A stretch of DNA of 64,000 nucleotides from Lama guanicoe (lineage: Eukaryota). Location of the stretch: positions 3,438,799 to 3,502,798 of the forward strand of contig MU053588.1 of NCBI GenBank assembly GCA_013239625.1, in the 5' to 3' direction. The stretch's first letter is position 1. Every line of letters starts with the position of its first letter. Position numbers and translations under genes: made by a program. The notes under the pieces were generated by a model. It was not told where the DNA came from and did no database searches. It saw nothing but the letters and a program-made list of their open reading frames with translations. Below, piece after piece: positions 50,601 to 61,930 of this stretch.

Positions 50601-52862
50601 GACCAGAAGTTGGTGGTGTAGTCTGGGTGGGGGCCCGGTCCTCAGTTTGCTAACTGGTGGAGATAGTTTGCATGCTGGTTGTCTGGTCTGATGTGGCAGA
50701 TCTTATTCATCCATTGTCATGTTTGGGGTAACAGAGACTGTAGGTCTAGTTGCCCAGAGGGGTGACAGGAGCTGTTGGTCTTGTTTTCTAATTTGGGGTG
50801 ATCATAGCTGGGTCTCTTGTCTAGTTTGGGTTGACAGTGATTGGGGTCCAGTTGTCCATTGGGGGAGACAGGTACTTGGATCAGCTGTCTAGCTTGAGGT
50901 GACGAGACCAGATGCCAAAGGTGACGCATTGGGGTGGGTACCGTCTCTCAGTTCCAGGTGACAGAGACCTCCTGTCCCCGAGTCTGGGACCAATTTGTGT
51001 GAACAATGGTTCTGTTCAGGGTGACAAGAACGGTGGGAGGCCAGCCGCCTACTTCAGGATGAAAGAGTTGGGGTTCTCATAATATATTTGGGGGTGACGG
51101 TATGGGGGTAACAAGTTGGGGGTTCTGGTGGATGGTTGGAAGGAATTGCAGTGGGGGAACCAGCTTGCCTCCTGTGGATGATGCAGACCGAGGGTACTCT
51201 GTTGGGGTGCAGAGCCTGGGTTCCTGGGGCCTTCCAAATGCCGAGTGTGAGTGCTGATGCCGTGCTCCTGGGGTGACTGAGTCAGGGGTCTCCTGCCCGC
51301 AGGCGTGGGGACCCCGGATAAGTGGATTTCTGAGGAAGTGTGGCCTGGGCTGTGGGGCCCTGCTTGGGGGTTACTGAAGCTGGAAGTCTGGACATGTGGA
51401 ACCGGGGAGGTCAGGGCCCCAGGGCCCAGGATCCACTTGAGAGGTGTTTGGGTTTGGGGATGTCAGTGCCACAAAGGGCCAATGACTTTCAAGGCTGGGA
51501 CATCTCTGCACATGGGTGTGGAGGTGATGGACACTGGGGCAGAGATACCCAGGGTGGGGAGGGCTGAGAACGGGGCTGGATGCTGGGCTGGCGGGGTCTC
51601 TGAGGCTGGGGCACAGTGGGCTGAGGGGCTTTCTGGCTTGAGGGGCTCAGCTGCCTTTATCAAGCACAGCAGGGTCCTGAGGGTCAAAGTCCAGTTTGAG
51701 GGCACATGGTGGTTATGGTGGTCGAGATGCATTGTTGCGGGTGATGAACACTGGGAACCCAGATGCCTACTTTGGAGAGATACTGAATTTGGGGTGACTG
51801 GAGTCCCTCTTGCCAAGTTCTGGTGCTTGTGGGCCCATGTTCCTGATCTGGGGTGCCTAAAACCAGGCTCTAGATCTGTGACAGTGTGGACTTCCATGGG
51901 GGCCGGAGGTGGCCACAGAGACTTGCCTTAGTGCTGACAGTCGGGGGCCTAGGTGGCCACACTGGGGGAGCCTCCTGTCAAGTCTGGGTGAGTCCGGAGA
52001 CCCAGCTTTCCAGCTCAGAGTGACTAGTCTGGGTTTGGTAGTGATCACATTGGCAGCCCAACTGTTCATTTTGGGGTCCTATTGATTACTTCAGGGCTGA
52101 CTGAAGTTTGGGGCTCACTGAGCCTGGGTGTTCCCCACCCTGCTTTTGGGGGTATCTGACACTGGGAGGCCAGATGCCGGGCTTGTGGGCAACTAGTGTG
52201 GGGTTCAGATGCCTCTTCTGAGAGTGACTTGCTGTGGCTTTATGACAGTGGGGCCCCACAAGTAAATTTAGAGGTGAGTGAGACTGTGGCCTGAGTTCTA
52301 ATTTGAGGACTAAGCCTGGGGCCCTAAATGCCAAATTGGAGGTGACTTACCCTGGTGTCCAGATAGGCGGTTCTGGGGCTGGGGCCCAGAGCCCTAGTTC
52401 GGGGGTAGCCAAGGCAAACTGCTCAGATGTCTATTCAGAGGGGTCCACCTGCTGAGGTTGAGATCACCAACTGGGTGCCAGTCTGGGATGACAGCTGGGG
52501 CCCAGATGTCAAATTTGGCTGTGACCCCTCCTCAGTTGCCTGCAATTGCCTGTATCATCAGATGCCTCCCGGGGTGGGGGGGTTCTCATTCTTTGTGTAT
52601 CAGAAGCCTAGTTTTGGAGGGCATTTGAGAGTGGGGAATAGCTGCTTAGTTTGGGGGTTACTGATTAAGACTTCCTAATACTTACATACAATTTGGGGTT
52701 AAGGGGTGACTGACAGGCAGGCTCAGATCGTGGCAGGCCTACCTGCCTAGTTTAAGGGTGGCTTAAAGGGGGGTTCTGGATACTTAGTTTGGGGTGAACT
52801 AACCTCAGAGCCCAGATGCTGAGTTAGGGTTTAGCAACTAGAGGAGCTCTAATGCTTATTTT

Positions 52863-52983
52863 ATTTTATTTTTAACTGAAGTACAGTCAGTTATACTGTG
52901 TCAATTTCTGGTGTACAGCACAATGTCCCAGTCATGCACATACATACGTATATTCATTTTCATATTCTTTTTCATTAAAGGTA
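52863..52983 (-). mobile_element. 5'-truncated L1 3' tail inserted in the array
   Basis: TSD TCTAATGCTTATTTTATTTT at 52848 and 52984; same family as 26826-26950. Confidence 0.8.
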
Positions 52984-53374
52984 TCTAATGCTTATTTTAT
53001 TTTGGGGGTGCTGATCCCAGGGGCCCAGCTGTCTCTTTTTGAGATGTCTCAATGTCAGGTGTCTGTTGAGGCTGTGGTGATGAAGAGGCTGAGGTTACTG
53101 CCTGTGGGTGGTCTCACTGCTCTTTTTCATGGTCATCCCAGCTGTGACTCCACAAACACGTTTCGGGGCTGAGTGAGCCTTGGGATCTAGTCAATAAATC
53201 TAGGGGTGGCCGTGAGTCCCTGATGCCCCAGTCTGTGGTGGCTACTTGGGCTGAGATCCAGAAGTTTGGTCTGGGGAATAGTGGGCTGGTTTGCGGCACC
53301 TGACTATGGGGGTCCATATCCCCAGTTTGGGGGGGTCACTGAGTTTAGGATACAGCGGCTTGATTTTGGGGAGT

Positions 53375-53798
53375 TGAATTAGTGTCCTGTGGCTAGTAAT
53401 AAACCAAGTGGCTTAAAACAGCAGAAATTCATTCTCTCACAGTTCTGGAGGCCAGAAGTCCAAAATCAAGGTGTCCGCAGGGCCACACTCCCTCCAAAGA
53501 TTCTGGGGGCGGATCCTTCCTCGCCTCTTCCAGCCTCTGGTGGCTGGCAGCCCTCCTGCCTCCCTCTGTCTTCCCATGGCCTCCTCCTCTGTGTGTCTCA
53601 TCTTCTTTCCTGCCTCTCATAAGGACATCAACATCATCACTGGATTCAGGGCGCCCCCAGGTGACACAGGGTGGTCTCATCTGGAGATCCCCCACTTCGT
53701 GGCATCTGCAAAGACTCTTTACCCGATAACATCACATTAGCAGGTTCCAGGGTTAGGACATGGATATATCTTTTGGGGGGCCACCACAACCCACTGCA
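53375..53798 (-). mobile_element. MaLR solo LTR (MLT1C-like) inserted in the array
   Basis: TG...CA ends; GTGGCTTAAAACAGCAGAAATTCATTCTCTCACAGTTCTGGAGGCCAGAAGTCC. Confidence 0.85.
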
Positions 53799-55149
53799 AG
53801 GGTTTTTGAGGCAGGCAACTTAAATTCTGTGTTTGAGGCCTCTAATTATTTAAATGCCCGTGTTTACTTTAGGAGGACTGACCTTGAAGGTCAGCTCTCC
53901 ATGCCTGATTTGGGGGTTCTTGACTTGATTTGGCTACTTTTAGGGTAACAGCCTGAGAGATACTAATGGTTAGTGTCGAGGTGACTGAAGTTTGGGAATC
54001 AGAGGTGTAGTCTGGGGATCACGGCTTCAGGGTCAGAGTCCTATCTTTGGGGCTGTGTGGGGTGGGAGGCCAGCTGCCTGGGTCATGGGCTAACTTCCCG
54101 AGGCGCTCCTCACTCTTATGAGGGGAGCTGACGGGGGAGCTCAGATGTGCATTTTAAGGGCAGCTGATGAGGGGTTCCAGATGCCAAGTGGGGAAGCTGT
54201 TAAAGCTGATTGTTCAAATGCCTAGGTTAGGGTTACCGGTGAGTAGGTCCAGATGCAAAGTTTGGGGGTGGCAGTAGAGAACCAGATGTCTACCGTCAGG
54301 GTGACTTGCTGGCGGTGGGGAAGTTCCTGTTTTAGTGGAAACAATCTGGGCAGCCAGCTGTCTAGTCTGGGGGAGACTTAAGCTGGGTGGGGCCCAGATC
54401 CCAAGTTTGGGTTGATTGAGTCTGGGGATCCAGATGTCAGGATCAGAGTTGCTTAGTTTAGGGGTGACTGAGTTTCCGTCCTAGTTTGTATTGAGAATGG
54501 GGGTCATGCCCTGAGTGTGCTGACAGCAGCTGGGGGACCATTTGTCTAGACAACAGGTGACTTATCTCAAGGTCCTGATGTTTGTTTGGGGGCCAGTGAG
54601 GAAAGTTAGGTTCAGGTATAACAACTTCAGGGCCTCTGATGCCTAATTTTGGGGTGACTGACTCTGGGGGAATCCATGCCTATTTTAGGGGGAGCCTGTA
54701 GTTACTGACTTATTTTGGGGTGACTGATCTAAGGCCCATCTTCCTTATCAGTGTCTTGGGCTGGAGGTTTGGGGTGAATGGAGCCCCAAATCCTCATTTT
54801 GGGATGTCTGCGGCTGGGCTGTGGGTACTATCCTTGGCGTTTCTGAGTCTGGGTAACTTTATATGGCCTGGGGTGGGGTCAAGGTATCAGGCTGATACTA
54901 GGGGTCTCCAGTCTGCTTGCAGGTTTCTGAGAGACGGTGGGGACTCACATGCCTGGTTTGAGGGTTTCTAGGCGCCTCCTTTGGGGGAATCTGAGACTGG
55001 GGACAGAAGTGCTAAAGACCTGTCCCCAGGTCTGGGGACCCCAGCCCCAGTGCTACCCCCAAGGCCGGGCCTCTCCTGTGGATCTTCGAGGGGGTGTGGC
55101 AATCCATTTCTGGAGTGACTGATCTGGGGGTCACACGCCTGTCATACGT

Positions 55150-56200
55150 AGTTCTGGAGGGCACCGAGGGGGCCAGGGCGGGCGGGAGTCGGGGCGCTGC
55201 GGTGCAGAGCCGGCCTGCGCCCCCGGGGCTGGCTGCGGCGCGGGGTTCCCGCGGGAAGCAGAGCGCGGCGGGGCAGCCGGCGGCGGGAGGGCGAGCGCCG
55301 GAGTGACAGGAGAGGAAGAAAAATGGGCCGAGAAATCAGAGTGGACGCGCGGGGAGCGCGAGGCCGGGAGCGGGCGGCGGCAGCGGGCGATGGGTGGGGG
55401 CGCGCCTCTGCCTCGGGGGACGCGCCCGTAGGCCTTCCCTGGGCCCCCGCCCTGGAGGCCGACCCCTCCCCTAATTCCAGCCCCGCGCCCCCCCACTACG
55501 TTCCCATCCCTCCCGCGTTCCAAGTCCCCTCTCGCGTTTTATGTGCCCCTCCCGAGTTCTTCCTCCCCCCGGGGAGTTCTATTTACTTTCTCCACGTCCT
55601 GACCCCTCCGCACAGCGAGCTGCTCCCCCCTCCGCCTGCTTTCTATCTCAGTCGCCCACGTTCTGAACTCTGCCTCTGCTGCCTAACCCCCTTTCCCTCC
55701 GCGTCCTGCAACCCCTCCTCCTTTTCTAATTCTGTCCCCGCACTTCAGCTCCCTCTTTCTTCCATCCCACCCCCATATTCTCCCCCCAACCCCGCCCCAT
55801 CCCTTCCAAAGGTTTGAAGCGGAAATGGNNNNNNNNNNNNNNNNNNNNNNNNNNNNNNNNNNNNNNNNNNNNNNNNNNNNNNNNNNNNNNNNNNNNNNNN
55901 NNNNNNNNNNNNNNNNNNNNNNNNNNNNNNNNNNNNNNNNNNNNNNNNNNNNNNNNNNNNNNNNNNNNNNNNNNNNNNNNNNNNNNNNNNNNNCGGGCCT
56001 CCCCCTCGCCCGGCCCGGCCTCCCCCCGCCCCCGCCGCCCGGACACCTGATGAAGCCGTCAGCCGGGCGGGAGGGGCGGGAGGCCGACCGAGAAGGCCCT
56101 GGCAGAGACCGAACGAGACGGCCAGACGGAGACGCCGAGATGACGAAGGGAAAGTTCTGGGGACGCGGAGTCAGGGACCGTGGGAGGGAGTTGAGGGAAG
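55150..56200. promoter_or_regulatory. CpG island (promoter-like), partly in a gap
   Basis: Dense CpG and GC boxes; no recognisable CDS. Confidence 0.75.
55829..55993. other. Assembly gap (165 N)
   Basis: Run of n. Confidence 1.
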
Positions 56201-56489
56201 GGTCTGACTAGCAGCCAAAGGAGCCCCCCAATAGCGAATCGATCCTTAATTCTCTGCCCGAGAGACTGGGAAGGGAGTGTGGGGGGGGGTCCCTGCCAAG
56301 GCTGGAGGAGTCAAGGCCTTCAGAGGTTTGAGGGGGAAAAGAAAGTTCCGGGTGGAGGGGGTCCGGAAACCTGGATCTGGGAGGGAGGTCGACTCGGCTC
56401 GGAACTCGGGGTCCGAGAAGGCCAGGAGCCCGGACTCCTGGGCCCTAGGCTGGGAGCTTGTCATGGGGGCGGTGGGTGCTGGGTTGGGA

Positions 56490-56680
56490 GGCCCCTGATT
56501 GATTTCTGTTTACCGGCTGTCCCCGGCGGGCGGAAGAGCGAATCGCGCCCCATCCATCAACAGGCTCGCAGCCTCCCTAATAAAAACATTTTACTCCTAA
56601 ATGATCTCGAACTAATTAACTCAAAGTGTTAATTAAAGTTTGCACAGACAGCATTGTCATCAGGGAGGGCGGTGGATCCA
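56490..56680. promoter_or_regulatory. Putative conserved non-coding enhancer
   Basis: TGATTGAT, ATCCATCA, two TAATTA, TGTCA. Confidence 0.6.
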
Positions 56681-56783
56681 TCTTCCTGAGAGAGAGACAG
56701 GGTTGGGGGGAGGATGTGGAGAGGAAGGCAGAGCTCCCCATCCCCCCCCTCACTGATCCCAGTCCGCTGCTGGCGAGGGGTGG

Positions 56784-57132
56784 NNNNNNNNNNNNNNNNN
56801 NNNNNNNNNNNNNNNNNNNNNNNNNNNNNNNNNNNNNNNNNNNNNNNNNNNNNNNNNNNNNNNNNNNNNNNNNNNNNNNNNNNNNNNNNNNNNNNNNNNN
56901 NNNNNNNNNNNNNNNNNNNNNNNNNNNNNNNNNNNNNNNNNNNNNNNNNNNNNNNNNNNNNNNNNNNNNNNNNNNNNNNNNNNNNNNNNNNNNNNNNNNN
57001 NNNNNNNNNNNNNNNNNNNNNNNNNNNNNNNNNNNNNNNNNNNNNNNNNNNNNNNNNNNNNNNNNNNNNNNNNNNNNNNNNNNNNNNNNNNNNNNNNNNN
57101 NNNNNNNNNNNNNNNNNNNNNNNNNNNNNNNN
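56784..57132. other. Assembly gap (349 N), flanked by GGGGT repeats
   Basis: Run of n. Confidence 1.
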
Positions 57133-59229
57133 GGGGTGGGGTGGGGGTGGGGTGGGGGCGGGCAATTCTCCTCACAGCCTCCCCTAGCTTTTCCCTTTGC
57201 ATCTCTGTCTCTGAGTTTTTCTCTGTTGCTCCTTTTACCTGCCTGTGTCTCTTCCATCTCTGTCACTGTGTCAGTCTCTGTCTCAGAGTTTCTGCATCTG
57301 TCTCTGTCTCTTACGATCTCTTGTGCCAGGAGGCAGTTTCCCAACATTGCTCCCACCTCCCATTAATGGGATGCCTTTATTTGTGTGTCGGTGTGCATCT
57401 TGGAGTTTTGTGTGCCGACACGTGTGTGTCAGAATGTGTATGTGGACATGTGTGCCAGAGTTTGTGTGAATGTGTGTTTGAGTCCAGGGGTAAGTGTTGG
57501 ACACCTGATTGTTGGGCTTTGTGTGTGGACTCGTGTGTCCGGGCTTGCACGTGCACAGGTATTCGTGAGCCCAGCAGTATGTGGGTCGGCATGTGAGTGT
57601 CTCCATGTGTGTGATCGGTGCTGACAGGAGGGCTGCGGGACTCTAGCATGGTGTCCCTGAGACAGTGAGGACCTCTGCGGAGATCTCTGGGGCCAGGGCC
57701 AGGGCCAGGGTTCCCTTCCTATCTCCCTCAGGCACAGGCGGGTGGGAGCAGGCCTGCAGGTCCACTAGGTAAGTGAGTGACCAGGCGTGAACTCAACTGT
57801 GAACTCAGGTGAACTCGTGCACACGAGTGTGTGCAGCCGCCCCCTCTGTCCCTGGACAGGGCCTCCTCCTCCCCAGCCCCGCTCTCCTCTTCCCCCTCTT
57901 CCACAGCCGACAGCCAGCCAGGCAAGGGAACTGAGGCCAGGACAGGCCACCAGGCCATGGGCATCCGTGGGGTGGCTGGCTGGGCGGCCCCGATGTGAGC
58001 TCATACATCAGGGCTGACAGGCTCCGAAAGCCCCGGAATTAAAACCTAAATCGAATATTGATCACCCGCTCCGGCCGTGGCGCCCACTGCAGCCCCCCCA
58101 GCTCCCTCACGCTCGCTCCCTGCTCCCGGGCGTCACCGTCCCCGCTGTCCTGTCTTTCCCTCTGTCTTTCTTGCCTCCTCTCTCCCCTGCTTCTCCCCAC
58201 CCTGGCCCTGACTGTTCTGGTGATTCGTCTCCAACCCCAGCAGATGCCCTCTCAGCTAGAGACAGAGAAAGGAAGCCCCAGAGATTGAAAGAGAGAGAGA
58301 GAGACACAGGGTCACAGACACCCAGGGATGCACAAAACAGATCCAGACAGGAAAAGTTCAACACAGACCCGCAGACAGACCCAGAGCAAGCAACAGAGAG
58401 ACACAAACCCAGGCAGACAGACAGACACAGGCACACAGGCTCCCAGAAATGCACACAGGAAGTCACATATAGTCACATCCTGAAAGTCACAGAGACACAC
58501 ACACAATTACTATACACAAGAGGCACGTGGAGAAAGTTACACTCAGACACCCACAGGCAGACAGACAGACACAGGCCCAGGAGTTACAGCCATACACACA
58601 GGATCACATAGGCATGGGGGAGGTGACACACAGAGACAGGTACAGTCACACAGCAGTTACAGCAACTCTGGCAGAGTGAGACAGAGACAGAAAGTACCAT
58701 TATCCCTGCAAGGAAGACAGACCCACAGGCTGAACTCCAGAGTGACAGAAAGCATACACACCTTCCCTGTTCCCCCCACTTCCCCACTCATCCTGACCTA
58801 CCGCCACCTCCCACTGACTTCCCCTGTCCCACCCCATGCCACCTCTGCTGCTGGATCCAGAAACCAGAAAGGCTTCTGCACAGGAGGAGGCCCTCAGACC
58901 TCATCCCTGCCGCCCTAGACCCACTGAGTAGCCCCCTCCACACCCCAAGGTCCTGGGCTGGGCCAGGAAGGGAGCTGGAGAGGTAGACCCCAGAGGGGCT
59001 CCCTAGGAGAAGGGCAGGGTCAAGGTCTACTGTCCCCGCTGATCCAGGGATCTGGGGTCCTGTTCTCTGGGACCACCTGTGGGATGGAGGCCAGACAGTG
59101 GGAAGAACTTCCCTGGGCCAGGAGGGCTGGGGTCCTACGGAGTGGGCAGGGCACGGCCCCCGCCCCCACCCCCACCCCATGGCTTCCAGGCTTGGGGCGG
59201 GCGGCGGTGGAGGCGGGCGGTGGCGGCTG

Positions 59230-59380
59230 CCGGGGAGAAGATGAATCTTTCATGAGTGATTTGCGGCCGCCTCTTCTCGTCCCGTGTTGTTTAATGTTTC
59301 AATTTGGGCGAAAGCAAAACATTCAATCAGGCGGATTAAGTGCGTAATGCGTCTCATCGCTCAATCTGTCGCCTCCGCCG
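59230..59380. promoter_or_regulatory. Putative conserved non-coding enhancer
   Basis: AT-rich, CpG-retaining block with GGATTA, TAAT, TGTTT. Confidence 0.6.
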
Positions 59381-61604
59381 GGCAGCCCGCCGGGTGGGGG
59401 GGTATTAGGAGGGGGGTGGCGGGCAGAGACCCCGACCAGGGGAGCCCTGTCCCCAGCGCCACTCCAAAGCTGTGCCTTGGGAAGTCCCTCAGCCTGGAAC
59501 CTCTGCCAGGCCAGAGTCTCCCCCAGTCCTGGGTTCAGCCTCCCGCACACCTACTGCTTTCTGCTCCGACTCTGGGTGTCCGTTTGGCTTTTGGGGCCCA
59601 GGCCTCTCTGTACCCCTCTGCCCACCTGTCTTTCTCTGTCTACCTCTTTCTTATCTTTCTGAGTGTGTCTGACTGTTGTCCATCTGTCCGTCCACGAGAC
59701 ATGTCCATCTGTTTGTCCTTTGCTCTATGTTCCCCCCTACTTCCTTCATCTCACTGTGTCCACCTGACTTCTCTCTGCCTGCTCCCTGGGTTTTTTCTTC
59801 TTCTTTACATCTCCCTTCATCTCTCTTCTTTAGATCTATTTGCCGTCCCACTGCCATGCTGTCCTTCTGTCCACGTGGCTCCTGTCTCTCATGCTATCTG
59901 TATCTGAGTCTTCCCACCAGCCTCTCTCTGTCCAACGGCAGTCTCTCTGTCACCCTTACTCTGTGTCCACGCTCTGTGGGCAGACCCCCATTGTCCCCCA
60001 TCTTTCCCAATCCCTCTCTAATTCAGCCCCTGTGTCCATGTCCTCTCTCTCCCCCTCTCTCTTTCAACCAGGATCTCAGTCCTCTGCCAGATCCTCGTCC
60101 CTTTATCTGCCTATTTCACTGTCCTCTATTCATCTCTCTTCCTGTCTGTGTCCACCTGTTTCTCTGCCCAAATCTCTCAGTCTCTGTTTCCATTGGGGTC
60201 TGTCCTTCTGCCTTCCCTTCCCGGGGTTCCTTGACCGTCAGCTCCCAGTCCCTTGGCTGGACCAATACTCATGTCCACTAGGGGGCAGCAGGTACAGGCT
60301 TTTCTGGTGGGGAGCTTCCCAGCCAGTCCCACTGCCTGTCTGCAGACCATCTGGTTCAGGAGTATCCAAGCCAACCAGCCCCCTCCTCCCTCAGACCCAG
60401 AGTGCAGCCCCTCAACCTCCTCCTCCCTCAGACCTGGGAGCTGGGGTCCCTAGTCACCTTCTCTCTCAGAACCCAGGGATCCTATCCTCCAGCCCCCTCT
60501 TTCCTCAATTTCAAGCAGCCTGTGACCTGCTCAGGGATAAATGGAGATTTCAGCTGGGGGACTGACAGGCACTAACCAGAAATGTTGTCACCACTGCCTG
60601 CTGCTGAGACCCATGGGACTGCAAGGCCAGGGACCCACAGCGTGTGCAGGCACAGGGACAGGGACACACACAGATGGATTCCGGGAAACACACAAGTAAT
60701 GGGATTTCATCATAACACGCAAGGGCACACAGAGACCCCTGCCCCAGGCACACCTCGGGAGCCCAGGGTCAGACCCCTTGCCTCCCAGAGAAGCTCACAA
60801 ACACACAACACACACACTCACACGACATCTCAACCAGCCCTGTAGTTTGGACTATGCCACACAAATAAGTACACACACACACACACACACACTCCCCCCT
60901 GCTTCAGTGACTTTGGGGGACAGTACTGGCAGAGCAGGAGGCTCTCCCCAGACGCCATCTCTCTGTGCGTACTCGGGCAGGGACCCTGCTCAGCCTGTTG
61001 CCCCTCCCCCTCCCCCTCTGCAGCCTCTCTCCCCACTCCTCCTCTCTGCCCCCCACCCCTCCTCTCTCCTTTCCTTTTTCCCTCCTCTCTGTTGCTCACA
61101 CTCCCCTCAGTCTCTCTCCCCAGATCCTTAAGTTTCTCCTCTCCTCTCACTTTCAGTATCTATTCCGTCTGTCTGTCTCTGTCAGTTTCTCCTGCCTCTT
61201 TCTCCATCTTTCTTTCTTTGAATTCGTCTTTGTCCATTTCTTTGTACCTCTGTGGCAAGTCTCTGACATCTGGGTTTCTCTCTCAGAGACGCTCTCAATT
61301 TGTCTGTCTTGATTTCTTATCCCCCCCATCCTGTCTCTTTATCTCTGAGTCTCTTGGAATATCTCTCTCTCTGTCTCTGTCTCCCTCTCTGTAACTCCAG
61401 GCTTTGCAGTCTCTGTGTCTCTCTGTGTTTCCGTGTCTCTGCAGATCTCTGTCTCCCCCCGCCCCCCCCCGCCCCACAGTCTCTCTCACTGTCCCTCTCT
61501 ATGTCTCTCTGTCTCTGTCTCTCTGTCCATCCATCTCTCTCTCCTCCCAGCCCCTCCCTCCCTCCCCCTCTCTCCCTCTCTGTCTCACTCTTCGCCTCTC
61601 TCTT

Positions 61605-61930
61605 TTCTCTCTCAAGTGTTTTCAATTTTATTCTGAGTGGAATTAACTACCCCTGATGTCAAATTGCCGCCGAAATCGATAATAATATCTTTACAAAAGA
61701 GGATATTCTTCTCTCGGAGAACGGCCTCTGAAAAATGGAAAATTTAGTCGAAATTGATTCATTACTTGACACTTTATAGAACGGCTGCGTATTGATCGCA
61801 CCTGTCATGTCCCATCTCCCCTAATCGAAGCTGAAGGCCGGCTCCGATGCCTGCTATTTTTCATAATTCCACCGCAGCCGACAGCTCCACAAACACCGCC
61901 GCTCTCCCGGCCTCCGCCTCCCCGCTCTGG
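61605..61930. promoter_or_regulatory. Putative ultraconserved-type non-coding element
   Basis: ~300-bp high-complexity AT-rich block with many CpGs and a sharp left border against CT repeats. Confidence 0.65.

Larger units (their letters stand above)
48190..55130. repeat. Degenerate ~35-bp tandem array (~7 kb)
   Basis: Recurring GGGTCYRG(T/A)TG(T/C)CTAGTTTGGGGTGAC(A/T)GA; anchors mostly 33-37 bp apart, e.g. 50728/50763/50798/50831/50865/50899 and 54142/54178/54215/54250/54283. Confidence 0.85.

Noticed and set aside
51305..51931. 208-aa ORF within the array region
   Set aside because: Non-ATG start, G-rich Trp/Gly-biased composition, no homology or splice support.
48190..55130. The ~35-bp array as a CRISPR-like array or a 12-aa repeat protein (minus-strand QSLSPQTRQPDP-like)
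   Set aside because: No constant-repeat/unique-spacer structure, and the context is eukaryotic. Unit lengths vary by non-multiples of three and stops are frequent.
56616..57366. ORFs spanning the N runs
   Set aside because: Artefacts of translating assembly gaps.
59284..60565. Overlapping 200-240-aa ORFs
   Set aside because: CT-rich low-complexity DNA lacks stops; Ser/Leu/Pro/Cys-biased products.
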